A stretch of 64,000 nt of DNA from a bacterium (GTDB lineage Bacteria > UBP15 > UBA6099 > JBFMBQ01), in NCBI GenBank assembly GCA_040752295.1, contig JBFMFE010000322.1, forward strand, positions 1,682 through 65,681, read 5' to 3'. Below, in pieces: positions 29,601-36,727 of the stretch. Each line of letters begins with the position of its first letter. The stretch's first letter is position 1. The translations under genes and the position numbers were made by a program. Below the pieces are notes generated by a model. The model saw only the letters and a list, made by a program, of their open reading frames with translations. It was not told the DNA's origin and did not search any database.

Positions 29601-30788
29601 GATGACACCGGCACCATCAAGGTCGGCAGCGACAAGCCCCTGCCCCCGACGCTCACCGCGGTGGGCGGAACGCTCGAAATAAGACTATCCTGGTCTGGTC
29701 CCTTCCAGTACGAGGACGGAACAAGCGTCACCCCGGGGGAACTCGCCACGTTCACGTTCAACGTGTACCGCTCCCTGAGCGCGTCCGGCGTCTGCGATCC
29801 GGGGAACCTTTACGTCACGGGAGTGGGACCCGCGACGAGCACGTACACCGACACCGCCGTCACGTCCTGGGTCACCTACTACTACGTCGTCACCGCAGTC
29901 AACCCCAATGCCCTGCCCACCCCGGAGGAGAGCGAGTGTTCCAACGTGGCGAGCGCCGTCGCGATGGAGCCTGCCTGGACGCTCCTGAGAAAATGCGGGG
30001 AAAACCCGACCGAATACCTGCCGCCGTGGCACACCGACAGGTTCAACCGACCGATGGACGCCGTCGTTGATCCCGCCGGTTTCATTTACGTGGCGGATAT
30101 GGACAACCACCGTATTAAGAAGATAGACATGAACTGCGTTTACATAACCCACTGGGGAACCCTTGGTCCCGAAGACGGGAATTTCCGCCAGCCCATGGGC
30201 ATCGCCTATTCCGGCGGCGAACTCTACGTGGTGGACAACTACAACCGTGTGCAGGTGTTCGACACTAACGGCGTATTCCTGCGCAAATGGGACGTTTCCG
30301 CGCCCGTAGCCATCGAGGCCGCCGCGGGGGCGCTGTTCGTGACGACGAGCAACTGGAAGATAAAAAAGTACGACAGCGTCGGGACGCTGCTGGACACATT
30401 CACCCTCAAAGACCCGAAGGGCATTGCCGCCGACGCCTCCGGGAACCTCTACGTTGCGACATGGGACGACAGCACCATAAGGAAGCTGGACTCGTCCGGC
30501 GCCGCCGTCGCGACGTACGGCGCCTTCGGCTCGGCGTACGGCCAAACAAGGTATCCTTTCGACGTGGACCTCGACTCCGCGGGAAACATGATCATAGCGG
30601 ACGGGACCTATAACAACAGAGTGCAGATATGGAAGCCGGACGGCTCTATTGACAACGTCATCCACCCGAAGTCGAACGATTACGCGACGCTGAACGGTCC
30701 GATGGGGGTGGCGGTCGCCTCCACCGGCGAACTGGTAGTGATGGACACGGACAACAGCCGAGTGCTCATATTTCAGCCGCCGCCGTGA
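23691..30788 (+). CDS. giant secreted multidomain subtilisin-like (S8) serine protease / adhesin-like protein (2365 aa)
   Basis: Signal peptide MICRRSVFASLIVIFCATGVFA, then an I9-like propeptide, then an S8 catalytic domain with the triad in AVLDTGVDASHPEL (Asp), YGHGTPIAGVAAA (His) and GTSFSAAFVSGLAGIV (Ser). Downstream are PKD/Ig-like and Big_2-like domains and a PQQ-type beta-propeller (residues ~880-1250, YCIDQNTWTQIW..., YALEESGNIVKFDATTGSVIW). About seven invasin/Big-like Ig repeats follow (VTASPTSLPVNTDTTITIEAYDDNG...), then an FN3 domain (LEIRLSWSGP...TYYYVVTAVN) and C-terminal NHL repeats (RPMDAVVDPAGFIYVADMDNHRIKKID...). Confidence 0.85.
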   Translation: MICRRSVFASLIVIFCATGVFAGEFTRTFSQGWQLVTFPFTFENAGDACKLLGERDFALFGVRDGRYIPCTEVAGINPGQGYWVHLPAGTSALSGTPVSAAGGFTIPVSPGWNLIGNPFLSEIDLVQSASVGGVSLENADGVSAVVFGYDAAEKRYAATTVLKPWEGYFLYSRVAAVLELSPPTDSGTPEPAAPQVVTIRIESAPDGTGREVGPLDLLPGEEVTFWAAGYDKAGGYLGGVEAQWAAEGTLGALSAASGVSVSYRADSGGRAGTVAAAYGQAADSTGRVVVVDDSPLSAYPFGEEDPVARDDAGVPYISDQLLVAVAPGTADARVEELAGGIGAKVVGRNSAAGVYQFKLESTTPQDAAAALDGLPEIRTASPNYLLAPSAVPADPVFDAAAPYIERWGFEKVGMTSVWKEYAPVGDPVIAVLDTGVDASHPELAGRVSGGVNLISPAAGTGDVYGHGTPIAGVAAAKGDNAAGIAGMCWNCRIMPVKVCTDAGTCPLFTVLDGITYAVNNGARIVNISVGADFPSGSPVEQIVRAITRDAYYRGALVVAAAGNGGHDSGTFLPGADRYVMSAGASDEDDQRASFSNYGTRVDVAAPGKQVYTTGAGGGYVYRSGTSFSAAFVSGLAGIVLSIHPDMSVNTLKSYISSNVDVISTDRPIGGRINAGKVLQSLMSSNLPPVISSLVAERLLVRTGETVQLTLAAGDPDGDPLNVEWNPTAGTVAPAGAWSPAWQAPASRGEIVIAVTVRDTQGAVDAAEIRIAVLDGAAAEVRIEPDSPTVGQGGTVALSAYAYDAPALGGTASPVRVYPVWSVTGGVGTVSADGVFAATNAGTGMVTAAIDGLTGTTSVTVTPGTSPSLTPAATNVPCGNDWPMMGCNLSRNDQSSLELPGPMTVRQVFSTVANMMAGPLMVNGRAYAVDLGGNLYCIDQNTWTQIWTVPLAGGIPYRSPVAANGAVYVLNNGGILYKRNLDGTPVWQYSPASGYGVGYSTLAATSDSVYYVSYNFSGLDGEVIALNDADGSEKWPPLNILYPSQYVSIAVETVGATEMLFVGKRRHDIDKLRYMAVNASTGAIVWEQEVVIIGGSSFRGSPVVEGNALYALEESGNIVKFDATTGSVIWVHDLGQWVYGDMAYRDSVLYVGTIDGYVHAILDSGLTSSELWVSEKFGGVAGAEFFGAPAITGSYVIAGGVGAGAPGTFKILNRADGSTYQTILFSCNYSDSPAVGFYPTSGETEIYMTCDGPKYVIAFERNYPPNIISLSYTPPGQVVPGGSTDVFVQVEDPNQSGGTPCSDIFAVEIDLGLVGGATATLLDDGFPPDAAADDCLFTATITVEPGTSAGLKPLLVTAYDYGNFTDATDTPNLEVLQSAPTVVSVTFTPPDVVNNGADTTQVSVVVEDLNDSINAVMVDLDEINGASGTEWLDITAGCGAFSTTTHQVTCTFAGITADPSTTLGFKTIPGRAIDDLYDVSGSPTPNNLEVIDLGSFRVTASPTSLPVNTDTTITIEAYDDNGSLIDTYVNAVAIDLSQTGAATGTTLTWSGAGVTNNGDGTGFIATGTFVAGVATVKLKNIRANETITAAATNPSDGSTGNTSLTGTNVTWTPGPLAKFVVTANPTTPVIGTAATVSIKAYDAYDNFIGTYENDDGPIDLQAELAGFPCPSATMWWTAVAPATITDLGGGCATLEMNSFGGDGEALVNIYNTTAEGPAKITAAHSLSGATGNTNETGTDVTWGTGVLDHFDVYANPYASVPAGATTTVYVEAHDAFHNVITTFDKDMNITQTGGTASAITYSGANIVDLGGGNGKILGAAFVSGLAEFYPADTKATETVRFTATEPTSGASGNTGAGENPPTNTDVTWVPGALAKYIIRDSPNGGGSEQGNKIMAAGASLTLYAAGYDQYDNLRGDDPACWSVTGTLDPIATGPFSVNTFIPAHEGPEGTIHVDAPAAPGDCSAFDPGVVTDDTGTIKVGSDKPLPPTLTAVGGTLEIRLSWSGPFQYEDGTSVTPGELATFTFNVYRSLSASGVCDPGNLYVTGVGPATSTYTDTAVTSWVTYYYVVTAVNPNALPTPEESECSNVASAVAMEPAWTLLRKCGENPTEYLPPWHTDRFNRPMDAVVDPAGFIYVADMDNHRIKKIDMNCVYITHWGTLGPEDGNFRQPMGIAYSGGELYVVDNYNRVQVFDTNGVFLRKWDVSAPVAIEAAAGALFVTTSNWKIKKYDSVGTLLDTFTLKDPKGIAADASGNLYVATWDDSTIRKLDSSGAAVATYGAFGSAYGQTRYPFDVDLDSAGNMIIADGTYNNRVQIWKPDGSIDNVIHPKSNDYATLNGPMGVAVASTGELVVMDTDNSRVLIFQPPP

Positions 30789-30910
30789 GGTTTCGCGGGG
30801 ACCCCCGCCCCTCGAGCGATTCCCGGGGACGTTCACGGCGACACTGTCGCCGCGTTCCCGAACCCTCCCGCTCCGAAAAAGTTGCAGGTAGTGGTTTTTT
30901 CTCCGGTCGC

Positions 30911-30937
30911 TCAAGTTTTCGCGCCTTATACCGATTA
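30911..30937 (+). promoter_or_regulatory. sigma-28 (FliA)-type promoter upstream of the flagellin gene
   Basis: TCAAGTTT-N11-ACCGATTA compared with the consensus TAAAGTTT-N11-GCCGATAA. The -10 ends 77 nt before the flagellin ATG. Confidence 0.5.
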
Positions 30938-30963
30938 AATAATAGAAGGCGGGATAGACGCCG

Positions 30964-30983
30964 AGGGCGAAAAGGATTTCGCC
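30964..30983 (+). promoter_or_regulatory. 5'-UTR hairpin presenting GGA in its loop (CsrA-binding-site-like) in the flagellin leader
   Basis: GGGCGAAA-AGGA-TTTCGCCC forms a perfect 8-bp stem with a 4-nt AGGA loop. A second GGA lies in the GGGAGG Shine-Dalgarno. This is the two-site arrangement known for CsrA control of flagellin mRNAs such as B. subtilis hag. Confidence 0.35.
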
Positions 30984-31013
30984 CCCATCCGTGACTACAG
31001 GGAGGTAGTTGAG

Positions 31014-32018
31014 ATGATCTCCATTAATACAAATACCACGGCGCAGTACGTATTTAATCAGACCCGGCTCAACAACCTTGTTTTCGGCGAGAAGACCGAG
31101 CGGCTGACGTCGGGCGCCAGGGTGAACAGGGGGGTGGACGACCCCTCCGGGCTTGCCATAAGCGTGGGGATGACGGCACAGATTCGCGGACTGCTCACCG
31201 ACATAGCCAACGTGCAGGACGGGATTTACATGCTCAACTTTCTCGACGGAGTTTTCGACGTTACCCAGGACATACTGATGCGGATGAAGGACATCGCGCT
31301 GCGGCTCGCGAACGAGGCGGTCGTGAGCACGGTCGTTGATCCCACGGAGGTTGTCCCCTCGCAGGCGCGGATGCTGTACGACGAATACTACGGACTTGCG
31401 CAATTAGTGGTGAAGTTCTTCAACACACAGGTGGGAGGACAGCGGTTCCTCCCCTATATCCAGTTTAACGGGAAGCCCATACTGATGAACGATTTTTACA
31501 TAGAGCCTGGCACGGGCAACCTCATACCGCATTATCATCTGCCTTCCGGGGAAGACCTTCAGGTCGGACCCGATAACGATTCGAGCCACAGGATAGAGGT
31601 CAAGACCATGTGGATGGAACAGGTTTTCGACGATTTCGAGGCGTTCTTCCAGCCCCCCCTTCCGAATTTCACCATGAGCTGGTTCAGCGGGTTCGGACGC
31701 ACGCAGGCGTCGAACATAGCCGATAAGATTGACAAGATCAGCGAGGCGCGCGTCGAGGTGGGCACGATAATAAACCGGCTGAGAAAAACGCTCAACGACA
31801 TCTCCGCGCAGTACATAAACGTCTCCGCCGGGAGGTCCCGGATACTGGACGCCGACATGGCGGTGGAGATAACCGAGCTTGCAAAGAATCAGATCAGGAC
31901 GCAGACCACCGTCGCGATGGCAAGCCAGGCGAACGCCGTGCCGCTGATAGCCATGCCACTTCTGGAAGCCATCTACGCGGGTCTCGCGCCGACGCCCGAA
32001 ACGGAAACCTCGCAGTAG
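31014..32018 (+). CDS. flagellin-family protein (divergent)
   Basis: The N-terminus MISINTNTTAQYVFNQTRLNN....ERLTSGARVNRGVDDPSGLAIS parallels flagellin MAQVINTN...LSSGLRINSAKDDAAGQAIA. The C-terminus RSRILDADMAVEITELAKNQIRTQTTVAMASQANAVPLIAMPLL parallels [50 protein letters not shown] Shine-Dalgarno and a sigma-28 promoter upstream. Confidence 0.8.
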   Translation: MISINTNTTAQYVFNQTRLNNLVFGEKTERLTSGARVNRGVDDPSGLAISVGMTAQIRGLLTDIANVQDGIYMLNFLDGVFDVTQDILMRMKDIALRLANEAVVSTVVDPTEVVPSQARMLYDEYYGLAQLVVKFFNTQVGGQRFLPYIQFNGKPILMNDFYIEPGTGNLIPHYHLPSGEDLQVGPDNDSSHRIEVKTMWMEQVFDDFEAFFQPPLPNFTMSWFSGFGRTQASNIADKIDKISEARVEVGTIINRLRKTLNDISAQYINVSAGRSRILDADMAVEITELAKNQIRTQTTVAMASQANAVPLIAMPLLEAIYAGLAPTPETETSQ

Positions 32019-32047
32019 TTTCGATAAATCCTCCTCCATGAGTTTGT

Positions 32048-32080
32048 GCGCCGGCGCCTCCTCGAGTGCCAGCTTTTTTT
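32048..32080 (+). terminator. possible terminator after flagellin (GCGCCGGCGC palindrome followed by a T7 run)
   Basis: 10-nt perfect palindrome at 32048-32057 and TTTTTTT at 32074-32080. The spacing is not canonical. It lies between the convergent flagellin and methyltransferase genes. Confidence 0.25.
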
Positions 32081-32142
32081 CGATTGAAGCGTTTGTGGCT
32101 TTCTTGCGTGATGGGCGATCCTTACGCCGCACGCCCGGTTTT

Positions 32143-33129
32143 TCAGCGGGCTGGTTTCCCGGAAGGCGGACCGGAACGGGTTTTCTTCTTGTCTTCCGTC
32201 CTTTTCTGGAACAACAGCACGTTGTAGTGCACGATGTTGGGGACGTAAGTGTGGGGGTAGCCATAGGGACGGAGTTTCTCCGCCGGGTTCTCCCATATTT
32301 TTTCCCCCCGGAGAACGAACCCCGCCGTTTCAGCCCGCTGCGCGAGCATCGGCGCCGTCTGTATGTATCCCCCGTCCATGAACAGGTTCCTGGTGAACAT
32401 TGCGAGGTGTTTTCCCGGCTTGAGCACCCTGCGGCACGGCGGCAGAATCTGCCCCGCTAAATCGGCGAAAGCCTCCACGGCGCGCCGTCCGTCGTCACCG
32501 GCGGCGGTGAACCACTCCCTCTCCTTCCCCGGGTGGGGAGGGTCGAGAATGACGAAATCAACGGAATCGTCGGGGATGTGCCGGATGAGATGCCGGCAGT
32601 CGCCGTGGACGATCTTGTGTTTTTCTATCCCTTCCGCGGTGCAGAGCGTGTTGTACAACTGGATCCATTCCTGGTTTATCTCGAATCCGATGGATTCCCT
32701 GCCGAGAATCGCCGCCGCCGCCAGCGCGGCGCCCGTGCCCGCAAAGGGGTCGAGGACGAGGTCGCCGGGCATGGTGAAGAAGGCTATGAGCTGCCCCATA
32801 AGGTAGGGACTCTTGTAATCGGGGTGTCTCCGGCGCAGGTTGTGCGCGAGATTCTTCGGCAGTCTGGAAGGGAAGACGGTGCGGGTGAAGCGCAGCCACT
32901 CGCCGCTCGTCAGGTCGTTGAACCTGTTGCGGGGATCGGGTTCTCGTCCCGGCTTGCGGCGGGCGAGGAAGGGAAAGTCGTCTTCCTCCTCCCTCCTGCG
33001 GGCGTCTTCGAGTCTGAACACCTCGAGCAGGTAGAGGAGGTCGCGGCAGGATTCCGCCCTCGCGCATTGCGGGCACATGAATATGGGGCTTCGGCAGTGG
33101 AAGACGTGTTCGCCTTTTTTTTCTTCCAT
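32143..33129 (-). CDS. DNA methyltransferase (PF01555-type N6-adenine/N4-cytosine MTase, permuted motif order, DPPH motif) with N-terminal zinc-ribbon-like Cys cluster
   Basis: VLDPFAGTGAALAAAAILGRESIGFEINQEW matches the FxGxG/AdoMet region. HGDCRHLIRHIPDDSVDFVILDPPHPG....RVLKPGKHLAMF matches the (D/N/S)PP(Y/F/H) catalytic region. The N-terminus has HCRSPIFMCPQCARAESC. No restriction endonuclease gene is adjacent. Confidence 0.7.
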   Translation of the reverse strand: MEEKKGEHVFHCRSPIFMCPQCARAESCRDLLYLLEVFRLEDARRREEEDDFPFLARRKPGREPDPRNRFNDLTSGEWLRFTRTVFPSRLPKNLAHNLRRRHPDYKSPYLMGQLIAFFTMPGDLVLDPFAGTGAALAAAAILGRESIGFEINQEWIQLYNTLCTAEGIEKHKIVHGDCRHLIRHIPDDSVDFVILDPPHPGKEREWFTAAGDDGRRAVEAFADLAGQILPPCRRVLKPGKHLAMFTRNLFMDGGYIQTAPMLAQRAETAGFVLRGEKIWENPAEKLRPYGYPHTYVPNIVHYNVLLFQKRTEDKKKTRSGPPSGKPAR

Positions 33130-33214
33130 GGGCGACCCGGCGGGTCTTTTCCGGTCCTGTCCGCTGCCGGAAATCCTGCGCGCCGCAGGGCGAAGATGAC
33201 TGCCCCCCGGCGCT

Positions 33215-34621
33215 TCAGGTGATCGCGCCCTTTTTGAAGTCGGTGGTCTCTCCCACGTAGAGGTCGTTGATGGAGAGCAGGTTGAGGACTTTTCCCGCGA
33301 CGTCGCGTTTGGGGTCGGCGTAGCAGTGAAGCAGTTCCACTATGGGGTTTTCGGGTCGTCCGGGATTGTTTTCCTTGACGCGCGCCCTGAAGACCGGTTC
33401 GGTGGTTTTCACGTGATAGAGGTCAACGGTTTCGCCGACTTCGTAAAGGTTGAGAATCCGCTCGAAACAGAGGAACAGTTCGCGGTCGAACGTGTTGTGC
33501 TGGATGTTGCCGGAGAGGTCGGATTTTTTTTCGGAGTTCTGGTAGAGGTATTCGAGTACCTTGCTCCTTGCGAACTTTTTTCGCCAGGGGCGGTCGTTCA
33601 CGAGGGAATCGAAGACGTCAATGACTCCGAGGATTCTTGAGAACGCGTGAAAGTTGTTTTTTCCCTTCGGGTACCCCGAGCCGTCCAGCCGCTCGTGGTG
33701 GTTTTCGATCACGCTTATGGCGAGCGGCCGGTTGCTGAAGAAGGTGTGGTAGCTCACCACGTTCATGGATACTTCGACGTGCTTTTTGAGGACGTCGTGG
33801 TCCTCTTTCGAGATGACCTCCTTCTTGGCGAGGATTTCCGGCATACCGTCGTGGAGGTAGCCGACGTCGTGCATGAAGGCGCCGAGCGCGCCGCTGAGCA
33901 TCTCGTCGTCCTCGAAGAAAAAAACGGCGTCCTTTTTCGCGCGGAAGTCCTTCGAGTATTTCAGCCTGGAGCTTACCGCGCCTTTTTTCTTCAGCTCGGC
34001 GTTGTGCTTCGCGACCGTCGCGAGAAAATAAAGCCCGCAGTTCGCCATGTGGTGATAGATGTAGCTCTCCTCCATCCGGGTGTCGTTGAGGTTGAGGCTC
34101 ACCGAGTCTATGCGACGGGGCGAGAACTCGTTCTCGAGCAGGTCCCTGCACATCTTCATGAATTCCTCGAGCCTCTGCACCGTTATGATGGATTCCGAGA
34201 ATTTTTTCAGGTCTTTGATTTCCCAGCTCGGTCGTTCCGGGTCCACCCTGGTCAGCGCGCCTTTCTTCATCAGGATGGTATTGCGGCTCACGTTTTTGAT
34301 CTTGAGTATTTCGCGCTGGGGGTCTTTTTCCGTCATGATGTCCGCGAGGACGTTTGCGACCTCGTTTTTTATCTTCAGGAACTTCTCGCGCTGGGTGATT
34401 TCTTCCGCTTCGCCCTCTTCCCCTTCTATTATCTGTTTCACCTCTTCGTCTTCGCCCGCGATCCAGATTTCCTCGAATCCGAGCTTTTTCAGCATCGCCA
34501 CGACGCGATCGTTCACCTCGACGCCCGCGTTGAAGCCCTTGACGCCGGTTCCGAGTATAACGGGGCGCGCGAGGACGATCCGTTCGTTCGTGCTGATCTC
34601 GTCAAGCGATATCTTCTGCAT
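33215..34621 (-). CDS. HD-GYP domain cyclic-di-GMP phosphodiesterase
   Basis: HDVGY...HHERLDGSGYPKG is a canonical HD-GYP signature. It has an N-terminal non-catalytic domain of about 230 aa. Confidence 0.85.
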   Translation of the reverse strand: MQKISLDEISTNERIVLARPVILGTGVKGFNAGVEVNDRVVAMLKKLGFEEIWIAGEDEEVKQIIEGEEGEAEEITQREKFLKIKNEVANVLADIMTEKDPQREILKIKNVSRNTILMKKGALTRVDPERPSWEIKDLKKFSESIITVQRLEEFMKMCRDLLENEFSPRRIDSVSLNLNDTRMEESYIYHHMANCGLYFLATVAKHNAELKKKGAVSSRLKYSKDFRAKKDAVFFFEDDEMLSGALGAFMHDVGYLHDGMPEILAKKEVISKEDHDVLKKHVEVSMNVVSYHTFFSNRPLAISVIENHHERLDGSGYPKGKNNFHAFSRILGVIDVFDSLVNDRPWRKKFARSKVLEYLYQNSEKKSDLSGNIQHNTFDRELFLCFERILNLYEVGETVDLYHVKTTEPVFRARVKENNPGRPENPIVELLHCYADPKRDVAGKVLNLLSINDLYVGETTDFKKGAIT

Positions 34622-34793
34622 CAGCTTTTCGCCCTTCTTAAAGGCGTGACGCGCTCTCAGCCGCGGCGCCGTTCATTATGAAAATTCTTATAAAAAAAGC
34701 CGCCGCTTTCAACACGCGGTTTTCTACCTTCCGCCCGGACGTTCCCCGGTCCACGTACCCCGTACGCCCCGGAGGATGATCTTTTCGTACGGT

Positions 34794-35723
34794 TCAACCC
34801 ATTTCGATGCGAATGTACTCGATGGTCCTCCTCAGCCCCTCCTCGAGCGGGACCGCCGGGCGCCAGCCGAGCGTCGCTCGCGCTTTCGAGACGTCCGGCT
34901 GCCTGCATTTGGGGTCGTCATCGGGAAGCGGCTGACGTTCAAGCCTGCTCCTTGAACCGGTCAGCCCGATTATCATTTCCGCAAGCTCAAGGATGGTGTG
35001 CTCGTCCGGGTTGCCGAGGTTTACCGGTTCCGCGAGATCGCTGTCGAGCAGTCTCATGATCCCGTCCACCATGTCGTCTATGTAGCAGAAGCTCCGTGTC
35101 TGCGCGCCGGAGCCGAATACGGGGATCGGTTCGCCGCGGATGGCTCTGGTGATGAAGGTTGGTATCGCCCTCCCGTCGTCGAGCCTCATGCGGGGACCGT
35201 ACGTGTTGAAAATCCGCGCGATCCGCGTGCTGACGCCGTGCACCTTGTGGTACGCCGTCGTCATCGCCTCCGCGAACCGCTTGGCCTCGTCGTAAACACC
35301 CCGCGGACCCACGGGATTCACGTTGCCCCGGTAACTCTCTCTCTGTGGATGCTCGAGGGGATCGCCGTACACCTCGGATGTGGAGGCGAGAAGGAACTTC
35401 GACCCTTTCGCCCTCGCAAGCCCGAGCGCCTTGTGCGTTCCCAGCGCTCCCACCTTCAACGTCTGAATGGGAAGTTTTATGTAATCTATCGGACTTGCGG
35501 GACTCGCGAAATGCAGGATCGCGTCAACCCCGCCTGCCACCGATATGAAATTGGTGATGTCGTACTGAATCATGGTGAACCGCGCGCCCAGCAGGTGCGC
35601 CACGTTATCCGCGCGCCCGGTGATGAGGTTGTCAAGGCACACCACCTCGTGCCCCTCCTTCAACAGCCGCTCGCAGAGGTGGGACCCGATGAACCCCGCT
35701 CCGCCGGTGACGACCACTCTCAT
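34794..35723 (-). CDS. UDP-glucuronate decarboxylase (UDP-xylose synthase)
   Basis: [36 protein letters not shown] and [14 protein letters not shown]...RQPDVSKA are UXS/ArnA-decarboxylase family blocks. Confidence 0.8.
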   Translation of the reverse strand: MRVVVTGGAGFIGSHLCERLLKEGHEVVCLDNLITGRADNVAHLLGARFTMIQYDITNFISVAGGVDAILHFASPASPIDYIKLPIQTLKVGALGTHKALGLARAKGSKFLLASTSEVYGDPLEHPQRESYRGNVNPVGPRGVYDEAKRFAEAMTTAYHKVHGVSTRIARIFNTYGPRMRLDDGRAIPTFITRAIRGEPIPVFGSGAQTRSFCYIDDMVDGIMRLLDSDLAEPVNLGNPDEHTILELAEMIIGLTGSRSRLERQPLPDDDPKCRQPDVSKARATLGWRPAVPLEEGLRRTIEYIRIEMG

Positions 35724-36367
35724 TGCCTTGCTCTCCGCGCGCCGGGCGGACGTGCTCTACCGCGCCCGCGCCTTGAGATGTACAGGCGGCCGAAATAGAC
35801 GGCGGCTATCGCCGCCACCACGGCGATCGTGCCCAGCTTGAACCCGGCGCTCTCGAAAAATTCCTCGACCGCCCTGAGTTCCATATCCTTCGAAAAATGG
35901 GAAACGAGACTGCCGATGATCGCGTACCTCGCGCCGCGCGCGAGAAGCGACACCGCCACGAACCGCCGGAAGTGTATGACGCACACGCCGCCGGCGATTG
36001 TGAAAACCTTGTAGGGAATCGGCGTGAACGCGGCGATCCCTATCGCCCACGCGTCGTACTTCTGAAGGAGCTGCTCCACGCGTTCCACCTTGCGCCTCTC
36101 GAACATCCTCAGGAGAAGTGGGCGCCCCCCCTTGACGCCTATGAAATAGCCGAACATGGCGCCGAGCACCGACGCCGCCGTCCCCACGCCGGCGTACGAC
36201 ATCGCCTCCGGGAATGTTCTTTTGAAGCACAGGGGTATCAGGAGCGTCTCGACGGGCAGGAGGAAGAACGACGCCTCCATGAACGAAAGCGCGAAGAGCG
36301 CGGCGAACCCCGCGCCGCCGCTGATCATCGCCAGGTTCAGCCAGAACTTTGCCGTGAGGATTTTCAT
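35720..36367 (-). CDS. DedA/SNARE-associated (VTT-domain) membrane protein
   Basis: [11 protein letters not shown]...[48 protein letters not shown] matches the DedA family core. It overlaps the UXS start by 4 nt. Confidence 0.75.
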   Translation of the reverse strand: MKILTAKFWLNLAMISGGAGFAALFALSFMEASFFLLPVETLLIPLCFKRTFPEAMSYAGVGTAASVLGAMFGYFIGVKGGRPLLLRMFERRKVERVEQLLQKYDAWAIGIAAFTPIPYKVFTIAGGVCVIHFRRFVAVSLLARGARYAIIGSLVSHFSKDMELRAVEEFFESAGFKLGTIAVVAAIAAVYFGRLYISRRGRGRARPPGARRARQ

Positions 36368-36590
36368 ACGGAATCCGAGCCTTTAATACTATGTTGCGCG
36401 ATCCCGAATGTCAATTTCCCCGCCGCGCGGAAACGGGCGCGGTTCCCCCGCCGGCGCGGCTGTGAGGAACCCGAACATGCGGGTGTAATCTACTGTCGCG
36501 TCAACCATAAAGTGACGTATTCGAGCCTGTTATATAATTGTAGGGCGGGGTCGCCGTACCCCGCCGAACAGAACAGCAGGGCGTGATAAA

Positions 36591-36688
36591 TCGAATGTCG
36601 AATATCGAACAAGAAACCGCGGAATATCGAAGGAAAATGCAGGAAAAACTTCATCATTCGACATTCCTTGTTCGTTATTCGATATTCG
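36591..36688. repeat. palindromic repeat element copy A (TCGAATGTCGAATATCGAACAAG ... CTTGTTCGTTATTCGATATTCG arms)
   Basis: Imperfect inverted repeat of about 98 bp. The inner arm AAACCGCGGAATATCGAAGG pairs with CATTCGACATTCC. It is highly similar to the element at 55834..55928. It sits in the divergent dedA / GT-C promoter region. Confidence 0.5.
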
Positions 36689-36727
36689 TTTTTCAGCGCG
36701 ACATATGACCGTTGACATGACACTACG

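Noticed and set aside
29685-31403. 572-aa minus-strand ORF across the 3' end of the giant gene, the flagellin promoter and the flagellin 5' end
   Set aside because: It is antisense to the NHL-repeat region and to the flagellin N-terminus, both with clear homology on the plus strand. It would also have to run through the AT-rich promoter region.
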